This document shows, in pieces, positions 27,878 to 38,734 of a stretch of DNA of 64,000 nucleotides (its first letter is position 1; each line of letters opens with the position of its first letter). The notes under the pieces were generated by a model. The model saw only the letters and a list, made by a program, of their open reading frames with translations, did no database searches and was not told the DNA's origin. The position numbers were made by a program, and so were the translations under genes. The DNA is taken from NCBI GenBank assembly GCA_947175515.1, contig CAMWNA010000001.1, positions 637 through 64,636 of the forward strand. Direction: 5' to 3'. The stretch is from an uncultured Clostridia bacterium (GTDB lineage Bacteria > Bacillota > Clostridia > Christensenellales > Borkfalkiaceae).

Positions 27878-28762
27878 ATGAAAAATATCGCAATTGACGA
27901 AACGTTTTTGCAGCGTGTGGAAATGCTGCAAAGCGTTCTTAAAAACAACATAGCCGGCTTATTCGGCGGCAATCACAAGAGCAGAACGTTCGGTTCGTCC
28001 TGCGAATTTGTCGATTACAGAAATTACGTGCCCGGCGACGATATTACCAAAATCGACTGGAACGCCTACGCGCGTTTCGAAACGCTGTATTTAAAGCTGT
28101 ACCTCGACGAAAGACAGCTTCACACCAAGATATATATCGACGTAAGCCAGTCAATGAACTTCGGCGACGGCAAAAAAGCCCGGACGGCTTTACAGATTGC
28201 CGCGACGCTTGCCTACCTTTCGGTAACAGAGCTTGACAGGGTTTCTGTCTTTACGATAAGGAACAGCGAGATAACGGAAATTATTTCATCGCTGTCCGGA
28301 AGGGAGCGTTATTTTGCGGAAATTACCAAGCTCAACGATATTGAGTTTTCCGGCGACTGCTTTATAAGCGAGGGCATAATGCCCACGCAGGTCGGCTACG
28401 GCGACGGGCTTTCGATTATTATTTCCGACTTTTTGACCGACGCAAACTACGAAAACGCTATTGACTATCTTGCGGATAAAAAGCGTGATTTGCTTTGCGT
28501 GCAGGTATTGACCGCGGAAGAGCTTAACCCCAAGGTGCGCGGCAAGAACATTTTTTACGACAGCGAAAATCCGCAGAAAAGCTACCAAAAGAATATCAAT
28601 AAAGATATCATTAAAGCTTACAGGGCGGCGGTGCAGTTCGTGCAGGACAGACTGCGCAATTATTGCAATGCACGCGGTGCGGAATACGTGCTTGTCAAGG
28701 ACGATAAACCCGTGGACGAGATATTCTTCGAACAGCTCACGGCTTTGGGGGTGATGAAATGA
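27878..28762 (+). CDS. DUF58 domain protein (MoxR partner)
   Basis: FVDYRNYVPGDDITKIDWNAYARFETLYLKLY is the DUF58 signature. ATG at 27878 is preferred to the GTG at 27854. Confidence 0.85.
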   Translation: MKNIAIDETFLQRVEMLQSVLKNNIAGLFGGNHKSRTFGSSCEFVDYRNYVPGDDITKIDWNAYARFETLYLKLYLDERQLHTKIYIDVSQSMNFGDGKKARTALQIAATLAYLSVTELDRVSVFTIRNSEITEIISSLSGRERYFAEITKLNDIEFSGDCFISEGIMPTQVGYGDGLSIIISDFLTDANYENAIDYLADKKRDLLCVQVLTAEELNPKVRGKNIFYDSENPQKSYQKNINKDIIKAYRAAVQFVQDRLRNYCNARGAEYVLVKDDKPVDEIFFEQLTALGVMK

Positions 28763-30639
28763 GTTTTTATTATCCCTTAGGACTTTTAGGGCTTTTGGGT
28801 ATCCCCGTTCTGATAATAATCTATATAATCAAATCAAAGTACACAGAACAGACCATAGCCTCCACTTATCTTTGGGAGCTGAGTGAAAAGTTCTTAAAAA
28901 AGAGAAAACCAGTATCAAAGCTTACGGGTATCCTCGCGCTTGTTCTGCAGATACTTGCAATCGTAGCGGCTTCGCTTCTTATTGCGCACCCCGTGTTTAC
29001 AATTCCCAATTCGGCAAACGACATCTGCTTTATCCTCGACGGCTCGGCAAGTATGAATATGAGTAGCGGCGGTTCAACCAGATTCGAAAGGGCGCAGGAC
29101 GAAATAATTTCGATTATTGACGATTCTCTCGGCGGAAGCACGTACTCCCTTTTGTTCGTCAACGACGGCGTAAGCGTTTCGTTCGAGGGCGTTTCCGACA
29201 AGCAACAGGCTAAAACCAACGTCAGGGCTTTAACCGCCGGCTGGACTGCGCACGACTGCGCTTCTGCAATAAACTACGCCCAGACATATTTTGACGGCAA
29301 CCGTTCCGCGGTGTTTTATCTGCTGACTGACAAGGAATACCAAACGCAGAACGTCACGCTTATTAACGTTTCAAAGGGCGAAAACAACTTCGCGCTTTCA
29401 GAGTACGGTTATAAATATACTGAAGAAGGTCTTTGCGGCGTCGGCAAGGTAATATCCTACAACGCCGACGCGGCGCTTACGATAGAAATGCTGGCAACCG
29501 TCGGCGGACAGGAACAGAAAGTTGCTCAAACCGCCGTCGAGGTTAAAAAAGGCGAGCCTGCCGATTTTGAAATTCAGGCAGGTGATATCGAATATACTTC
29601 TCTCCGTCTGCGCATATCCGACAAGGACGCGCTTGCGGAGGATAATACCGTCGTGCTGTACGACGGGGAAAAATCGCAGGACAGGAAGGTCTTAATTGTC
29701 AACGCGTTAGAGGACGTTTCGTATTTAAGGAATGCGATGCTTATTTCAGGCAAAGCCGAAGTAGAGGTTGTCAGTCCGCGCAAATACGAGGAAGGTTCGT
29801 TTTCAGGCTACGACCTTTACGCGTTCAACGGCTACACGCCTGAACGGCTGCCTGTAAACGCGGCTATCTGGCTAATAAACGCGGTTGACGGCACCGGCTC
29901 CGGTTCGGGCATAACCTTCAGAGATATGCAGGTTCCTAGGGACGAAACGGGACCCGACAGCTACTATACTCCGCAGTATACCTCGGGCAGCTCCGCGCAG
30001 GAAAAGCTTTTAATGAAAGGCGTTATCGGCGTTGACGTTGCGGTAAGGGAATATGCAAGGTACGGCGTTCCGCGCAGCTTCATATCGTTAATGAAGGTCG
30101 GCGGCGATTCGCTCATTTCCGCTGGTCTTAACGAAAACAACGACAGGGAGGTCGTCTTTGCCTTTGAAATAGGCAAATCCAACCTCGGAATGCTGGTTGA
30201 CTTCAATATTCTTATAAGCAATTTAATGAACTACTCTATCCCTTCCGTTATCGACCAAACGGTCTATACCTGCGGCGACGTAATGAACGTGAACGTAGTT
30301 CCCGGCTGTCAGAGCATCGTAGTTACAACGCCTTCGGGCAGAAGCACTACCTTGGATACGCTCGGCAACGATATATGCGAATTCAATCTTACCGAAACGG
30401 GCACGTATACCCTTTCGGTAAAGGATAACCGCGGCGAAAAGTCGTATTACGCTTACGCGTGCGTTCCCGAAGAGGAAAGCCGTTCCGAAGGCGGCGGCGC
30501 GCTCCTTTTAACGGGCGAAAGGGAAAACGTTCATTCGGACGGCTTCTACGACAGCTTACTGGCTTTCTTTATAATCATTTCATTGCTGCTGCTTGCAGAC
30601 TGGGGGGTGTATTGCTATGAACAATATCAGCTTCGCTAA
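28759..30639 (+). CDS. BatA-like membrane-anchored vWA domain protein
   Basis: The N-terminus FYYPLGLLGLLGIPVLIIIYIIK is the aerotolerance-regulator (BatA) N-terminal domain. MIDAS motif ILDGSASM. C-terminal TM. ATGA overlap with the DUF58 gene. Confidence 0.8.
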   Translation: MSFYYPLGLLGLLGIPVLIIIYIIKSKYTEQTIASTYLWELSEKFLKKRKPVSKLTGILALVLQILAIVAASLLIAHPVFTIPNSANDICFILDGSASMNMSSGGSTRFERAQDEIISIIDDSLGGSTYSLLFVNDGVSVSFEGVSDKQQAKTNVRALTAGWTAHDCASAINYAQTYFDGNRSAVFYLLTDKEYQTQNVTLINVSKGENNFALSEYGYKYTEEGLCGVGKVISYNADAALTIEMLATVGGQEQKVAQTAVEVKKGEPADFEIQAGDIEYTSLRLRISDKDALAEDNTVVLYDGEKSQDRKVLIVNALEDVSYLRNAMLISGKAEVEVVSPRKYEEGSFSGYDLYAFNGYTPERLPVNAAIWLINAVDGTGSGSGITFRDMQVPRDETGPDSYYTPQYTSGSSAQEKLLMKGVIGVDVAVREYARYGVPRSFISLMKVGGDSLISAGLNENNDREVVFAFEIGKSNLGMLVDFNILISNLMNYSIPSVIDQTVYTCGDVMNVNVVPGCQSIVVTTPSGRSTTLDTLGNDICEFNLTETGTYTLSVKDNRGEKSYYAYACVPEEESRSEGGGALLLTGERENVHSDGFYDSLLAFFIIISLLLLADWGVYCYEQYQLR

Positions 30640-33331
30640 CCCTTGGCTGCTGTTTATCGCCCTGCCCCTATTGGCGGCGGTTGCGGTGCCGTTTGCAATT
30701 ACGGTAAGAAAGGACAACTTAAACTTCCATAATGCGGCGTCGCTTGCGCTCCACGTTGTTATCTGTATTTGTATAACGCTTGCCGTAAGCGGTATGTCGT
30801 TTGAAAAAGTAGTTACCGAAACCAACGTATACGTCCTTGCGGATATTTCTTATTCGTCTGAGCGCAATCTTGACGAGGTACAGGAAAATATAAATAAAAT
30901 TTCGGCAAAGCTGCCTAAAAACTCCAAGATGGGCGTAATATGCTTCGGCAGAAATTATCAGATGATTGCCGACCTCGGTGAAAACATACCCGACGTGCAT
31001 ACGGCTGAGAGTGTGGACAGAAGCGCAACGGACATAGCTTCCGCGCTCCGCTATGCCGGCAATCTTTTTGACGACGACGTAATAAAGCGCATAATCGTAA
31101 TAACCGACGGCGCAGAAACCGTTTCGTCAAGCAATATCATAAGGGTCGTGGGCGCGTTGCAGGATAACGGCGTTTACGTTGACGCGGTGTTTATAGACGA
31201 CAATATAGACAAAAGCGTAAGCGAAGTGCAGATTGATGGAGTTGAGGCTACCGCCTCGACCTACCTTAACAAGAGCGAGGAAGTAAACGTCCTCGTCAGG
31301 GTCAACTGCGGCACGGCAGACGGCGAAAAGAAAGAGCGCACCAACGGCTACGTAAGTCTTTATAAGGACGGAGTGTTCGTGCAAAAGCGTTCGGCAAGCT
31401 TTTACGACGGACTCAACGTTGTTACCCTTCCCCTGTCTACGGACAAGAAGGGCAGCTTCGATTACGAGGTCAGGGTCGAAACGGCGGAACCAGACGGCGA
31501 CACTTCGCTATACAACAATACCTGCCTGTTCTCGCAGGAGGTCACCGACGAGTGCAACGTTCTGTTTATCGGCGGCAGTGAAAACGATATTTACGCAGGC
31601 AGGGATATCTACGGTTTAAACGGCGTTAAATACGTCAGCAACGCGGCGGAGGTTCCGCTGTCGGTTGAAGAGCTTTGCATATACGATGAAATAGTTCTGT
31701 GCAACTTTGACGTGCGTACGGTAAAATCGTGCGGTATGTTTACTTCCAGTCTTACTTCTCTTGTCGACGATTACGGCAAAACGCTGACCACCTTCGGCAA
31801 TACCTTCGTACAGGAAGACAGCGGCGAGGACAGCGCGGAAAATCAGGCGTTGCGTACTTTGGCTGACCTGCTTCCCGTTAATATTGGCAACAGCGATCAG
31901 GATACGCGGCTCGTCGCAATCGTTCTGGATATATCCCTGAGTATGAATTACGAGGGGCGCTTTCAGGTTGCAAAACGCGCCGCAAAAGAAATTTTAAAAA
32001 TGCTCAACCCTACCGATATGGTAATGCTTGTGAATTTTTCGGGCAGCATTACCGTCGGCGACCCCGAGTATTTAACATCGGTTAAGGCGCTTACGGATAA
32101 AATCGACGGCTTCACCGCAGAAAACGGCACAGTCCTCAGCGCGGCGCTTCAACACACGTATGAAGAGATGCCGGTGCGCTTCCACGATAAACAGGTAATA
32201 ATAATTTCCGACGGACTGAACCCTGCGCAGGCAGGCAGCGATGCTGCAAATGCCGAGAACGCAGCGGCAAAGGCTTGGGCGAGGCGTATGTCGGAAGATA
32301 ACATTGCGGTATCGGCTATAGGTATTTACCCCAAAGAGGATGGAAACAGCCGGTTAAATCAAATCGTTCATAACGGCGCTGAAAGCAAAAGGGCGTTCTA
32401 TAAGTATATAGAGAGCGAAAGCGATATTGACGTCGTAATTCAGAGCATCGGCGAAGAAATGGAGCAGATTGAAATAACGGGCGACAATTACGACGTAACC
32501 GTGCGCCGCTGGGGCGAAGACGTTGTCAGCGGAGTAAGCGGCATAAGCGCGGTAGGCGGCTTTTGGTATAATTCCGCAAAAAGCACTGCACAGACCGTGC
32601 TGACTGTAAAATATTTCAGAGACAAGGGCGTAACCGCGTTCGACGTTCCGTTATACGCGTACTGGAGCGGAGGCGGAAAAGGCAAAGTCGTTTCCTTCCT
32701 CTCGGATATTTCTTCCGACTGGACGGCAGGCTGGGTATACGGTACGGGCGGAGAACAGTTTCTGGCGAATATCCCTGCGGCAACCCTGCCCGACGAGCGA
32801 ATTACTTCGCCGTTTATAGTAGAAGTCGAAGGTAGCGGAAATTCCACCACGGTTTATGTTAAAGCTTCGGGCTCTCTTCAGAACAGCTCGGCGTTTACGG
32901 TCACGCTCACCGACCCCGACGGAATGGTCACGACAAAACAGCTCGCTTTTGATTCAAGCACGTATTTTGCAACCTTCTCAACGGACGCTCCCGGCAGATA
33001 CAATGTTCACGTAGATTATGCCTACAACGGATTAAAGTATCAGTCCGATACACAGTTTTCCGTATCGTATTACGCCGAATACGACAGCTTTACAGCTTAC
33101 AGCAAGTCGTACCTTTACAGGCTGCTGACGGAAAACGGCAAGATATTGGAGCTTGACGAAATCAAGACGATTGAGAATACCGATTCTGCGTATACTTCTT
33201 ATACGTTCAAGTTTACTCTTCCCCTTATGGCAATTGCCGCCGTTGCGTTCGTTGCGGAAATTATCATAAGACAGCTTAGGTGGAAAGACGTAACCTCGTT
33301 CTTCTCGGGTCTTTTCAGGAGGCGTAAATGA
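30617..33331 (+). CDS. BatA-N-terminal protein with two vWA domains and a C-terminal TM anchor
   Basis: MNNISFANPWLLFIALPLL is a BatA-type N-terminus. MIDAS-like LADISYSS and VLDISLSM. Overlaps the upstream gene by 23 nt. Confidence 0.8.
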   Translation: MNNISFANPWLLFIALPLLAAVAVPFAITVRKDNLNFHNAASLALHVVICICITLAVSGMSFEKVVTETNVYVLADISYSSERNLDEVQENINKISAKLPKNSKMGVICFGRNYQMIADLGENIPDVHTAESVDRSATDIASALRYAGNLFDDDVIKRIIVITDGAETVSSSNIIRVVGALQDNGVYVDAVFIDDNIDKSVSEVQIDGVEATASTYLNKSEEVNVLVRVNCGTADGEKKERTNGYVSLYKDGVFVQKRSASFYDGLNVVTLPLSTDKKGSFDYEVRVETAEPDGDTSLYNNTCLFSQEVTDECNVLFIGGSENDIYAGRDIYGLNGVKYVSNAAEVPLSVEELCIYDEIVLCNFDVRTVKSCGMFTSSLTSLVDDYGKTLTTFGNTFVQEDSGEDSAENQALRTLADLLPVNIGNSDQDTRLVAIVLDISLSMNYEGRFQVAKRAAKEILKMLNPTDMVMLVNFSGSITVGDPEYLTSVKALTDKIDGFTAENGTVLSAALQHTYEEMPVRFHDKQVIIISDGLNPAQAGSDAANAENAAAKAWARRMSEDNIAVSAIGIYPKEDGNSRLNQIVHNGAESKRAFYKYIESESDIDVVIQSIGEEMEQIEITGDNYDVTVRRWGEDVVSGVSGISAVGGFWYNSAKSTAQTVLTVKYFRDKGVTAFDVPLYAYWSGGGKGKVVSFLSDISSDWTAGWVYGTGGEQFLANIPAATLPDERITSPFIVEVEGSGNSTTVYVKASGSLQNSSAFTVTLTDPDGMVTTKQLAFDSSTYFATFSTDAPGRYNVHVDYAYNGLKYQSDTQFSVSYYAEYDSFTAYSKSYLYRLLTENGKILELDEIKTIENTDSAYTSYTFKFTLPLMAIAAVAFVAEIIIRQLRWKDVTSFFSGLFRRRK

Positions 33332-34776
33332 AAAAGAAATTTTTAACGTTAATAATTGCTTTTCTCTGCGCGCTTATCTGCCTTTCCGGCTGCGGTCTGG
33401 GAAGTTATATCGAAAACAACAACAAAACGGATACGCCCAATAAAACCGACCCCGAAAATCCGCCCGACGACCCGAACGACCCCGGCGGCGATAAACCGCC
33501 CGCGGACGATAAGCGATACGTCGTAACCGTATATCTCGGCACGCAGGTTTATAAGCCCGCCGACGAGGAAATTTACGTAGTCTGGAGAAACAACTTCAGC
33601 GTTGAAAGAGTTTTGCTTGGCGAAAACGGCACGGCGGACGCGGGCGAGCTTGACGGTGATTACTATATTTATCTTGAAGGGCTTTCCGACAGATACACCT
33701 ATAATCCCAGCGCATATATGGCGACCAGCGAGGAGCGCAAGGTTTCCCTGCTTCTTACTACCGTCCGTTCCCCCGAATCGGGCGACGGAAAAGGGATGTA
33801 TTCAAGCGAAGGCTGCTATCAGATAAAGTACGACGGTACTTACCGCAGCGCCGTTACGGGAAGCAGCAGCGTACTTTATTATGAATACAAGCCCGAAGCC
33901 GCAGGCTACTATTCGGTAACTTCTTGGGTCAACGCATTTGAAAACGAAATCAATCCGTATATACAGCTTTACAACGGCACGATAGGCAGCAAGTGGTTTG
34001 ACAGACAGCTTGACGGAGGCGGCTTTTCCGTAGACGGCGGTTACACTAAAAACTTCCGTTACGAATACCGCATAGACCGTAACGAAGTCGGGCACGCGTT
34101 TACGTTCGCAATAGGCGCGGAAAGCAAATCGGGCGACTACCCCGTACACGTGGATTTTGCAATTACCTACGAGGGCGAATACGTAAGCTCAAACAGCGAC
34201 GTAAGGGTTATCCGCGCACAGGAAGCGAGGATAAAAGCAAGCGAAAAGGGCGCGGACGAAGTATTCACTTACGCCGACTTGGGCACTAAGAATTTCGACG
34301 CGAACAATTTCAAGCTGAACGACAACACCGGCTTTTATCACTATTACAGTGAAACGCTTTACGGCGGCGACCCGTTCGGGTACGGTGAAAACTTCGGTCC
34401 TATTTTGTGCTGTGCGCTTACGGCTCCCCTTCCTTCGTACACAATTACAACGCTTTACAACGCGAACGCCGCAGGGCTGGGGGGCGGAAGCAATTACCTG
34501 AGAATGTATAACGTGTGGATTGAGGAAGAGCAGAAGTTCGCCGTATTCGACTACACCGCCTTCGTTAGGGAGGACTATTACAGGGTCTGCAACAGCGAGG
34601 GTATGTGCTACGTAACAGAAGAGCTGAAAGACTTTTTACAGACCTATGCTGAAAGGCAATCGCTGTATACCGACGGCGTGGGCGCCGGCGACGGCACGCC
34701 CGAAGCTTTGGGCTATACCGCAAATCAGAACGCGCTGTGGCTGTTTGCGTGCGGCGTATATCTTAAAACGACCTAA
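33328..34776 (+). CDS. Lipoprotein of unknown function
   Basis: Lipobox LSGC, then a Pro/Asp-rich linker (PENPPDDPNDPGGDKPPADD). 482 aa. ATGA overlap with the upstream vWA gene. Confidence 0.7.
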   Translation: MKKKFLTLIIAFLCALICLSGCGLGSYIENNNKTDTPNKTDPENPPDDPNDPGGDKPPADDKRYVVTVYLGTQVYKPADEEIYVVWRNNFSVERVLLGENGTADAGELDGDYYIYLEGLSDRYTYNPSAYMATSEERKVSLLLTTVRSPESGDGKGMYSSEGCYQIKYDGTYRSAVTGSSSVLYYEYKPEAAGYYSVTSWVNAFENEINPYIQLYNGTIGSKWFDRQLDGGGFSVDGGYTKNFRYEYRIDRNEVGHAFTFAIGAESKSGDYPVHVDFAITYEGEYVSSNSDVRVIRAQEARIKASEKGADEVFTYADLGTKNFDANNFKLNDNTGFYHYYSETLYGGDPFGYGENFGPILCCALTAPLPSYTITTLYNANAAGLGGGSNYLRMYNVWIEEEQKFAVFDYTAFVREDYYRVCNSEGMCYVTEELKDFLQTYAERQSLYTDGVGAGDGTPEALGYTANQNALWLFACGVYLKTT

Positions 34777-34824
34777 ATTAAATCATCGGACTTGGTTCTG
34801 CCTTCGTCCGTAACGAGGTGAAAA

Positions 34825-37176
34825 ATGAAAAAAGAGATAAGGAATATTCTCGTAATTATCTTAGCTGTGGCTGCGGCGGTCTGTGCCGCGGTCGGGCTTG
34901 CCGCCTGCAAAAACGGCGACGAGCTTAAAAGCCTTTCAATCGAAAACGCAAAAATCGACTTTATGATCGGCGACGAATTCACGTTGGGTGACGATTGCGT
35001 AATTTACGCCGTCTACGGCGACGGAACCAAAAAGGATGTCACTTCCGAAGTTGAAATAAGAAAAGAAAACGGCTTCGATATGGACGTTGCAAACGATTAC
35101 CAGATTACCGTAAGCTACGGCGGAAAAAGGGAAGTTTACACTATTTACGTAAACGATTTTAACAGCGTTCTTCGTAAAATAGAGCTTGACACCCAAACCG
35201 TCAAAAAGCAGTACGCTCTCGGCGAAGAAATTTCTTTTGACGGCTTAACGCTTATTCTTACTTATGAAAACGCCCAGAACAGACTGGTTATTTCAAAAAC
35301 CTCCAGTCTTAAAAACTTCGACGTTGAAGTCAAGGCGGAAAACGGCACGGTATCGGAAGAGATTTTCACCGTCCTCGGCAATTACACCGTTACCGTTTCG
35401 CAGGGCAATGTAAAGGCAAGCTATACGGTAAACGTAAACGGCATTAATATTTCAACCGTTCAAAGCGCACTGTACGTCGGCGGTATATTTAAAACCGAGG
35501 TAGCTTCGGGCACGCAGAAGGTTGAAGGCTCGCTTCACGGCGGTGATTATTTTAACGATTCCGATTACGAATATAAGTTCGGCAAAAACTATACTTATTT
35601 AAAGAATACCGAAATAAGTAGAACGTGGGTACCCGACGAAAACAATCCCGAAGTGCTTAAACCCGACCCCGTTATAACGACGGAAATTACCGAATCGCAT
35701 TTCAGTATGGACGGAGACGATATATTCTGCGCTAGGTTTGAAAACGGTACTTTTGTTTCCAATCCCTCTTTGCAAGCCGCAATGATGAACGGTGCACCCA
35801 ACTCTCTGTGGTATTCTTTCTTAAGAGTATACGGAATTGAAGATACTTTGGCCGAGCTGTATAAGGCGGCTAAAGAGTGTACCAATAAGGACCTTACGGA
35901 AACGGCGGACGAAGCAAACAGGAAGTATTCCTTCAAGTTTTCCGGTCTTGTAAATCACACGTCGCGCCCCGACTATTATGAAACCGAAGTAACCTTCACT
36001 TTGGGAGAAAAGTATAATATCGAAAGCGTTACCTATACCCAAAAGTATTGGGAAAATAACGAAACGGCTTCGGGCGCGGATTGGTATGAACCGAGCTTCG
36101 TAACCGACGAAAACGGACGTACCGAACCTAAAAAAGCTTACTCTAAAAGCACACGCGTTACCGTGGTGCAGTCCGTCGGCGCAAGGGCGGAAAGCAACCC
36201 TTACTCCAAGGATATGTTTGCGTTTAAGTCGTTCTCGCTTAAGTGTAACGGTGTTGATTTGGGCGATAACGGCACGGTACAGTGCTCGATGTCCATCCCC
36301 AATTTAGTTATCCAGATTTCGGATATAATGCCCGAAACTGCGGACTTCAATCACGATGCAATGCTGTTCAGCTTCGAAGGCAACCGTTTCGGATATCAGA
36401 ACAGCTCGGGCGTGCCCGTAGGACCGGCAAGGGGCTTTCTTGCATACCGCACGGGCAACACAATAAACGTCACGCTTTTAAACGGCGGTAAATGGGTTCT
36501 GTATATCAAAACCGCGGAAATTGAAAAATCAATCACCTTCGACGTTTCGGGCAAGGCTCCCGTAACAATGGACCCGTATATCCGCAACGACGCGTCGGGT
36601 ACGTTCTACACGGGCGGTGAAAAAACCGTATCCCTCGTCGGCTCGGTATATTTCTACGGTAACGTCAGCTTCGGCGCGGACAGCAGTCAGGAAGCGGCAG
36701 TGACTTCGTCAAACGCATCAACTGCGGTTATCGAAAAAACTATCGTTAACGACGTCAGCTGTTTCAAATTTACGGCAACGGCTGCAGGCGAATATAAAGT
36801 ACGGGTCACCTCTTCTTCAGATCCTTCCGTATACTGCGATTTTACTTTCACCGTTAGCGAAGCGCCCGATTTCGCGCAGCTTCTTAACGGCACCTATACC
36901 GCTACGGACGTTGCGGACACCGTTTACGAGGTCGCGTTCACCCCGTCAAGCACCGAAGAACCTTTCAGCGGAACGGTAACGGTAACCCAGACTACTGCCG
37001 ACGGCGAAGAAAAGAGCCAGACCTTTACGTACAGCGTAATAGTTGAAAGTATGGAAATTTCGCTTGTAGAAGTTTCTGGCACCAAGCTCGGCGTTGATTT
37101 AAGCGTAAACGCTGCAGGACAGCTGGTGCTGAACGACGTTTATGAAAACGACTACGTGTTACAGCGTAAAGCATAA
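34825..37176 (+). CDS. Large lipoprotein with N-terminal bacterial Ig-like repeats
   Basis: Lipobox GLAAC. Two repeats of the type L..I.........Y..GE...L.GL.L...Y.DG look like Big_3-type Ig domains. 783 aa. Confidence 0.7.
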   Translation: MKKEIRNILVIILAVAAAVCAAVGLAACKNGDELKSLSIENAKIDFMIGDEFTLGDDCVIYAVYGDGTKKDVTSEVEIRKENGFDMDVANDYQITVSYGGKREVYTIYVNDFNSVLRKIELDTQTVKKQYALGEEISFDGLTLILTYENAQNRLVISKTSSLKNFDVEVKAENGTVSEEIFTVLGNYTVTVSQGNVKASYTVNVNGINISTVQSALYVGGIFKTEVASGTQKVEGSLHGGDYFNDSDYEYKFGKNYTYLKNTEISRTWVPDENNPEVLKPDPVITTEITESHFSMDGDDIFCARFENGTFVSNPSLQAAMMNGAPNSLWYSFLRVYGIEDTLAELYKAAKECTNKDLTETADEANRKYSFKFSGLVNHTSRPDYYETEVTFTLGEKYNIESVTYTQKYWENNETASGADWYEPSFVTDENGRTEPKKAYSKSTRVTVVQSVGARAESNPYSKDMFAFKSFSLKCNGVDLGDNGTVQCSMSIPNLVIQISDIMPETADFNHDAMLFSFEGNRFGYQNSSGVPVGPARGFLAYRTGNTINVTLLNGGKWVLYIKTAEIEKSITFDVSGKAPVTMDPYIRNDASGTFYTGGEKTVSLVGSVYFYGNVSFGADSSQEAAVTSSNASTAVIEKTIVNDVSCFKFTATAAGEYKVRVTSSSDPSVYCDFTFTVSEAPDFAQLLNGTYTATDVADTVYEVAFTPSSTEEPFSGTVTVTQTTADGEEKSQTFTYSVIVESMEISLVEVSGTKLGVDLSVNAAGQLVLNDVYENDYVLQRKA

Positions 37177-37252
37177 AATAATATAAAAAGCCGCGAAAGA
37201 CGTCACGCTTTTTATAACGAAATAGAATTAATAAGTTGTGCTCAGACAAAAT

Positions 37253-37290
37253 AAAGGCTCTCGGAAATTCACTCCGAGAGCCTTTTATTT
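37253..37290. terminator. Bidirectional intrinsic terminator (convergent lipoprotein operon / Sel1 gene)
   Basis: AAAGGCTCTCGGA-AATTCAC-TCCGAGAGCCTTT, a 13-bp perfect stem with A-rich and T-rich flanks. Confidence 0.85.
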
Positions 37291-37315
37291 ATAAGCGTGT
37301 AAGCTGTGTTTTACG

Positions 37316-38539
37316 TCAGCTTTTATTTAATCGTTTAAGCGCTTTTTCAGCGTCCTCGTCGTCCTGTTCGGCGGCTTTTTTGTACCATTTCACAGCTTTT
37401 TCAAGGTCTTTCTTCACGCCTGAGCCATTTTCATAGCAAACAGCTAAATTGTACTGCGCAAGTATATGTTCCTGTCTTGCCGCTTTTCCGTACCATTGCG
37501 CGGCTTTTTTAAGATTTTTTTCTACGCCCTTGCCTTCTTCATAGCAAACGGCTATATTGAACTGCGCGCGCTCTTCGCCTTGCTCCGCCGCACGCTCATA
37601 CCAATACGCGGCTTTCTCAACGTCTTTTTCTACGCCCACGCCGTCTTCATAGCATATAGCTAAAAGATATTGTGATTCAATATCGCCGCCGATCGCCGCT
37701 TTATTATGCCAGTACGCCATTTTTGCGTCGTCTTGTTCTACGGCTTCACCGTCTGCATAATAAAATGCCAAGCGCTTCTGCGCTACTACGTTGCCGTTCT
37801 TTGCCGCCTGCTCGTACCAGTATAAGCTCTTTTCCAAGTCCTGCCCCGAGTAATATCCCGTCTGATACCAAAGCCCCAAACGGTATTGCGCTTCGGCGTA
37901 ACCGTTCTTTGCCGATTGCTCATACCAATACAAGACTTTTTCTATGCAATTTGTTTCGTCAGTCAAGCCGTGTTCGCAAAACGATCCGTACTCATACTGC
38001 GCTTTTGCGTTTCCTTGGTTGGCGGCTTGCCCATACCAATAAGCGGCTTTTTTCATATCTACGTTGCCGTCCGTGGCGTTTGCATAATAATTCGCCACTT
38101 TCATTTGCGAATCTACGTTGCCTTGCTCGGCGGCTTTCAGCTCATCGTCCAAGTTAATATCAAGCCCGTATTTTCTGTTATATTCCTCTTGTAATCTTAT
38201 TATTTCGTGTATCGTTTTGATTCCTTCGATCGCTTCTCTGTCGCCTTGTTCGGCGGCTTTGCCGTACCAATACAGCGCCTTATCATAATCTTTATCCACA
38301 CACATACCGTAGTTATAGCCGTTTCTGTAATTACAGCCCAACCACGCCTGCGCATTCAAATATCCCCGATTCGCCGACTGCTCGTACCAATATAAAGCCT
38401 TTTCGAAATCTTCTTCCACGCCGTTGGCTTTATGATAGCGCAAAGCCAGCTTGTACTGCGCCTCTGCGTCGCCGCTTTCCGCCAGCTTTAACAGTTCGTC
38501 AAAACTAAGTTCGCTTAAATTGTTTTCACCGTTTTCCAT
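37316..38539 (-). CDS. Sel1-like repeat (SLR/TPR-type) protein
   Basis: About ten tandem repeats of the form A..WY.KAA.QG...AQ..L..CY..G.GV.KD..KA; 407 aa, no signal peptide. Confidence 0.9.
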   Translation of the reverse strand: MENGENNLSELSFDELLKLAESGDAEAQYKLALRYHKANGVEEDFEKALYWYEQSANRGYLNAQAWLGCNYRNGYNYGMCVDKDYDKALYWYGKAAEQGDREAIEGIKTIHEIIRLQEEYNRKYGLDINLDDELKAAEQGNVDSQMKVANYYANATDGNVDMKKAAYWYGQAANQGNAKAQYEYGSFCEHGLTDETNCIEKVLYWYEQSAKNGYAEAQYRLGLWYQTGYYSGQDLEKSLYWYEQAAKNGNVVAQKRLAFYYADGEAVEQDDAKMAYWHNKAAIGGDIESQYLLAICYEDGVGVEKDVEKAAYWYERAAEQGEERAQFNIAVCYEEGKGVEKNLKKAAQWYGKAARQEHILAQYNLAVCYENGSGVKKDLEKAVKWYKKAAEQDDEDAEKALKRLNKS

Positions 38540-38676
38540 ATTTGTACTCCGTCAAACAAATTTTATCGTAAGTTGATTATATCATAAAAATGAAAGTAAC
38601 TCAACTTTTTAAATTCAGTTGAAATTATAAATCGAGACCATAGCACAATTCTGCAAGTAATCTAAGTTCGTCCGCG

Positions 38677-38710
38677 AAAAAAGACGCGGCCTGACGTCGC
38701 GTCTTTTTAT
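38677..38710. terminator. Hairpin terminator downstream of the ABC operon
   Basis: AAAAAAGACGCG-loop-CGCGTCTTTTTAT, located 25 nt past the permease stop. Confidence 0.6.
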
Positions 38711-38734
38711 CTCATATCTGCGGCTTCCGGAAAA

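Noticed and set aside
37466-38395. Plus-strand ORFs (65-161 aa) across the Sel1-repeat gene
   Set aside because: These are antisense artefacts produced by the repetitive Sel1 coding sequence. The minus-strand frame gives perfect SLR repeats.
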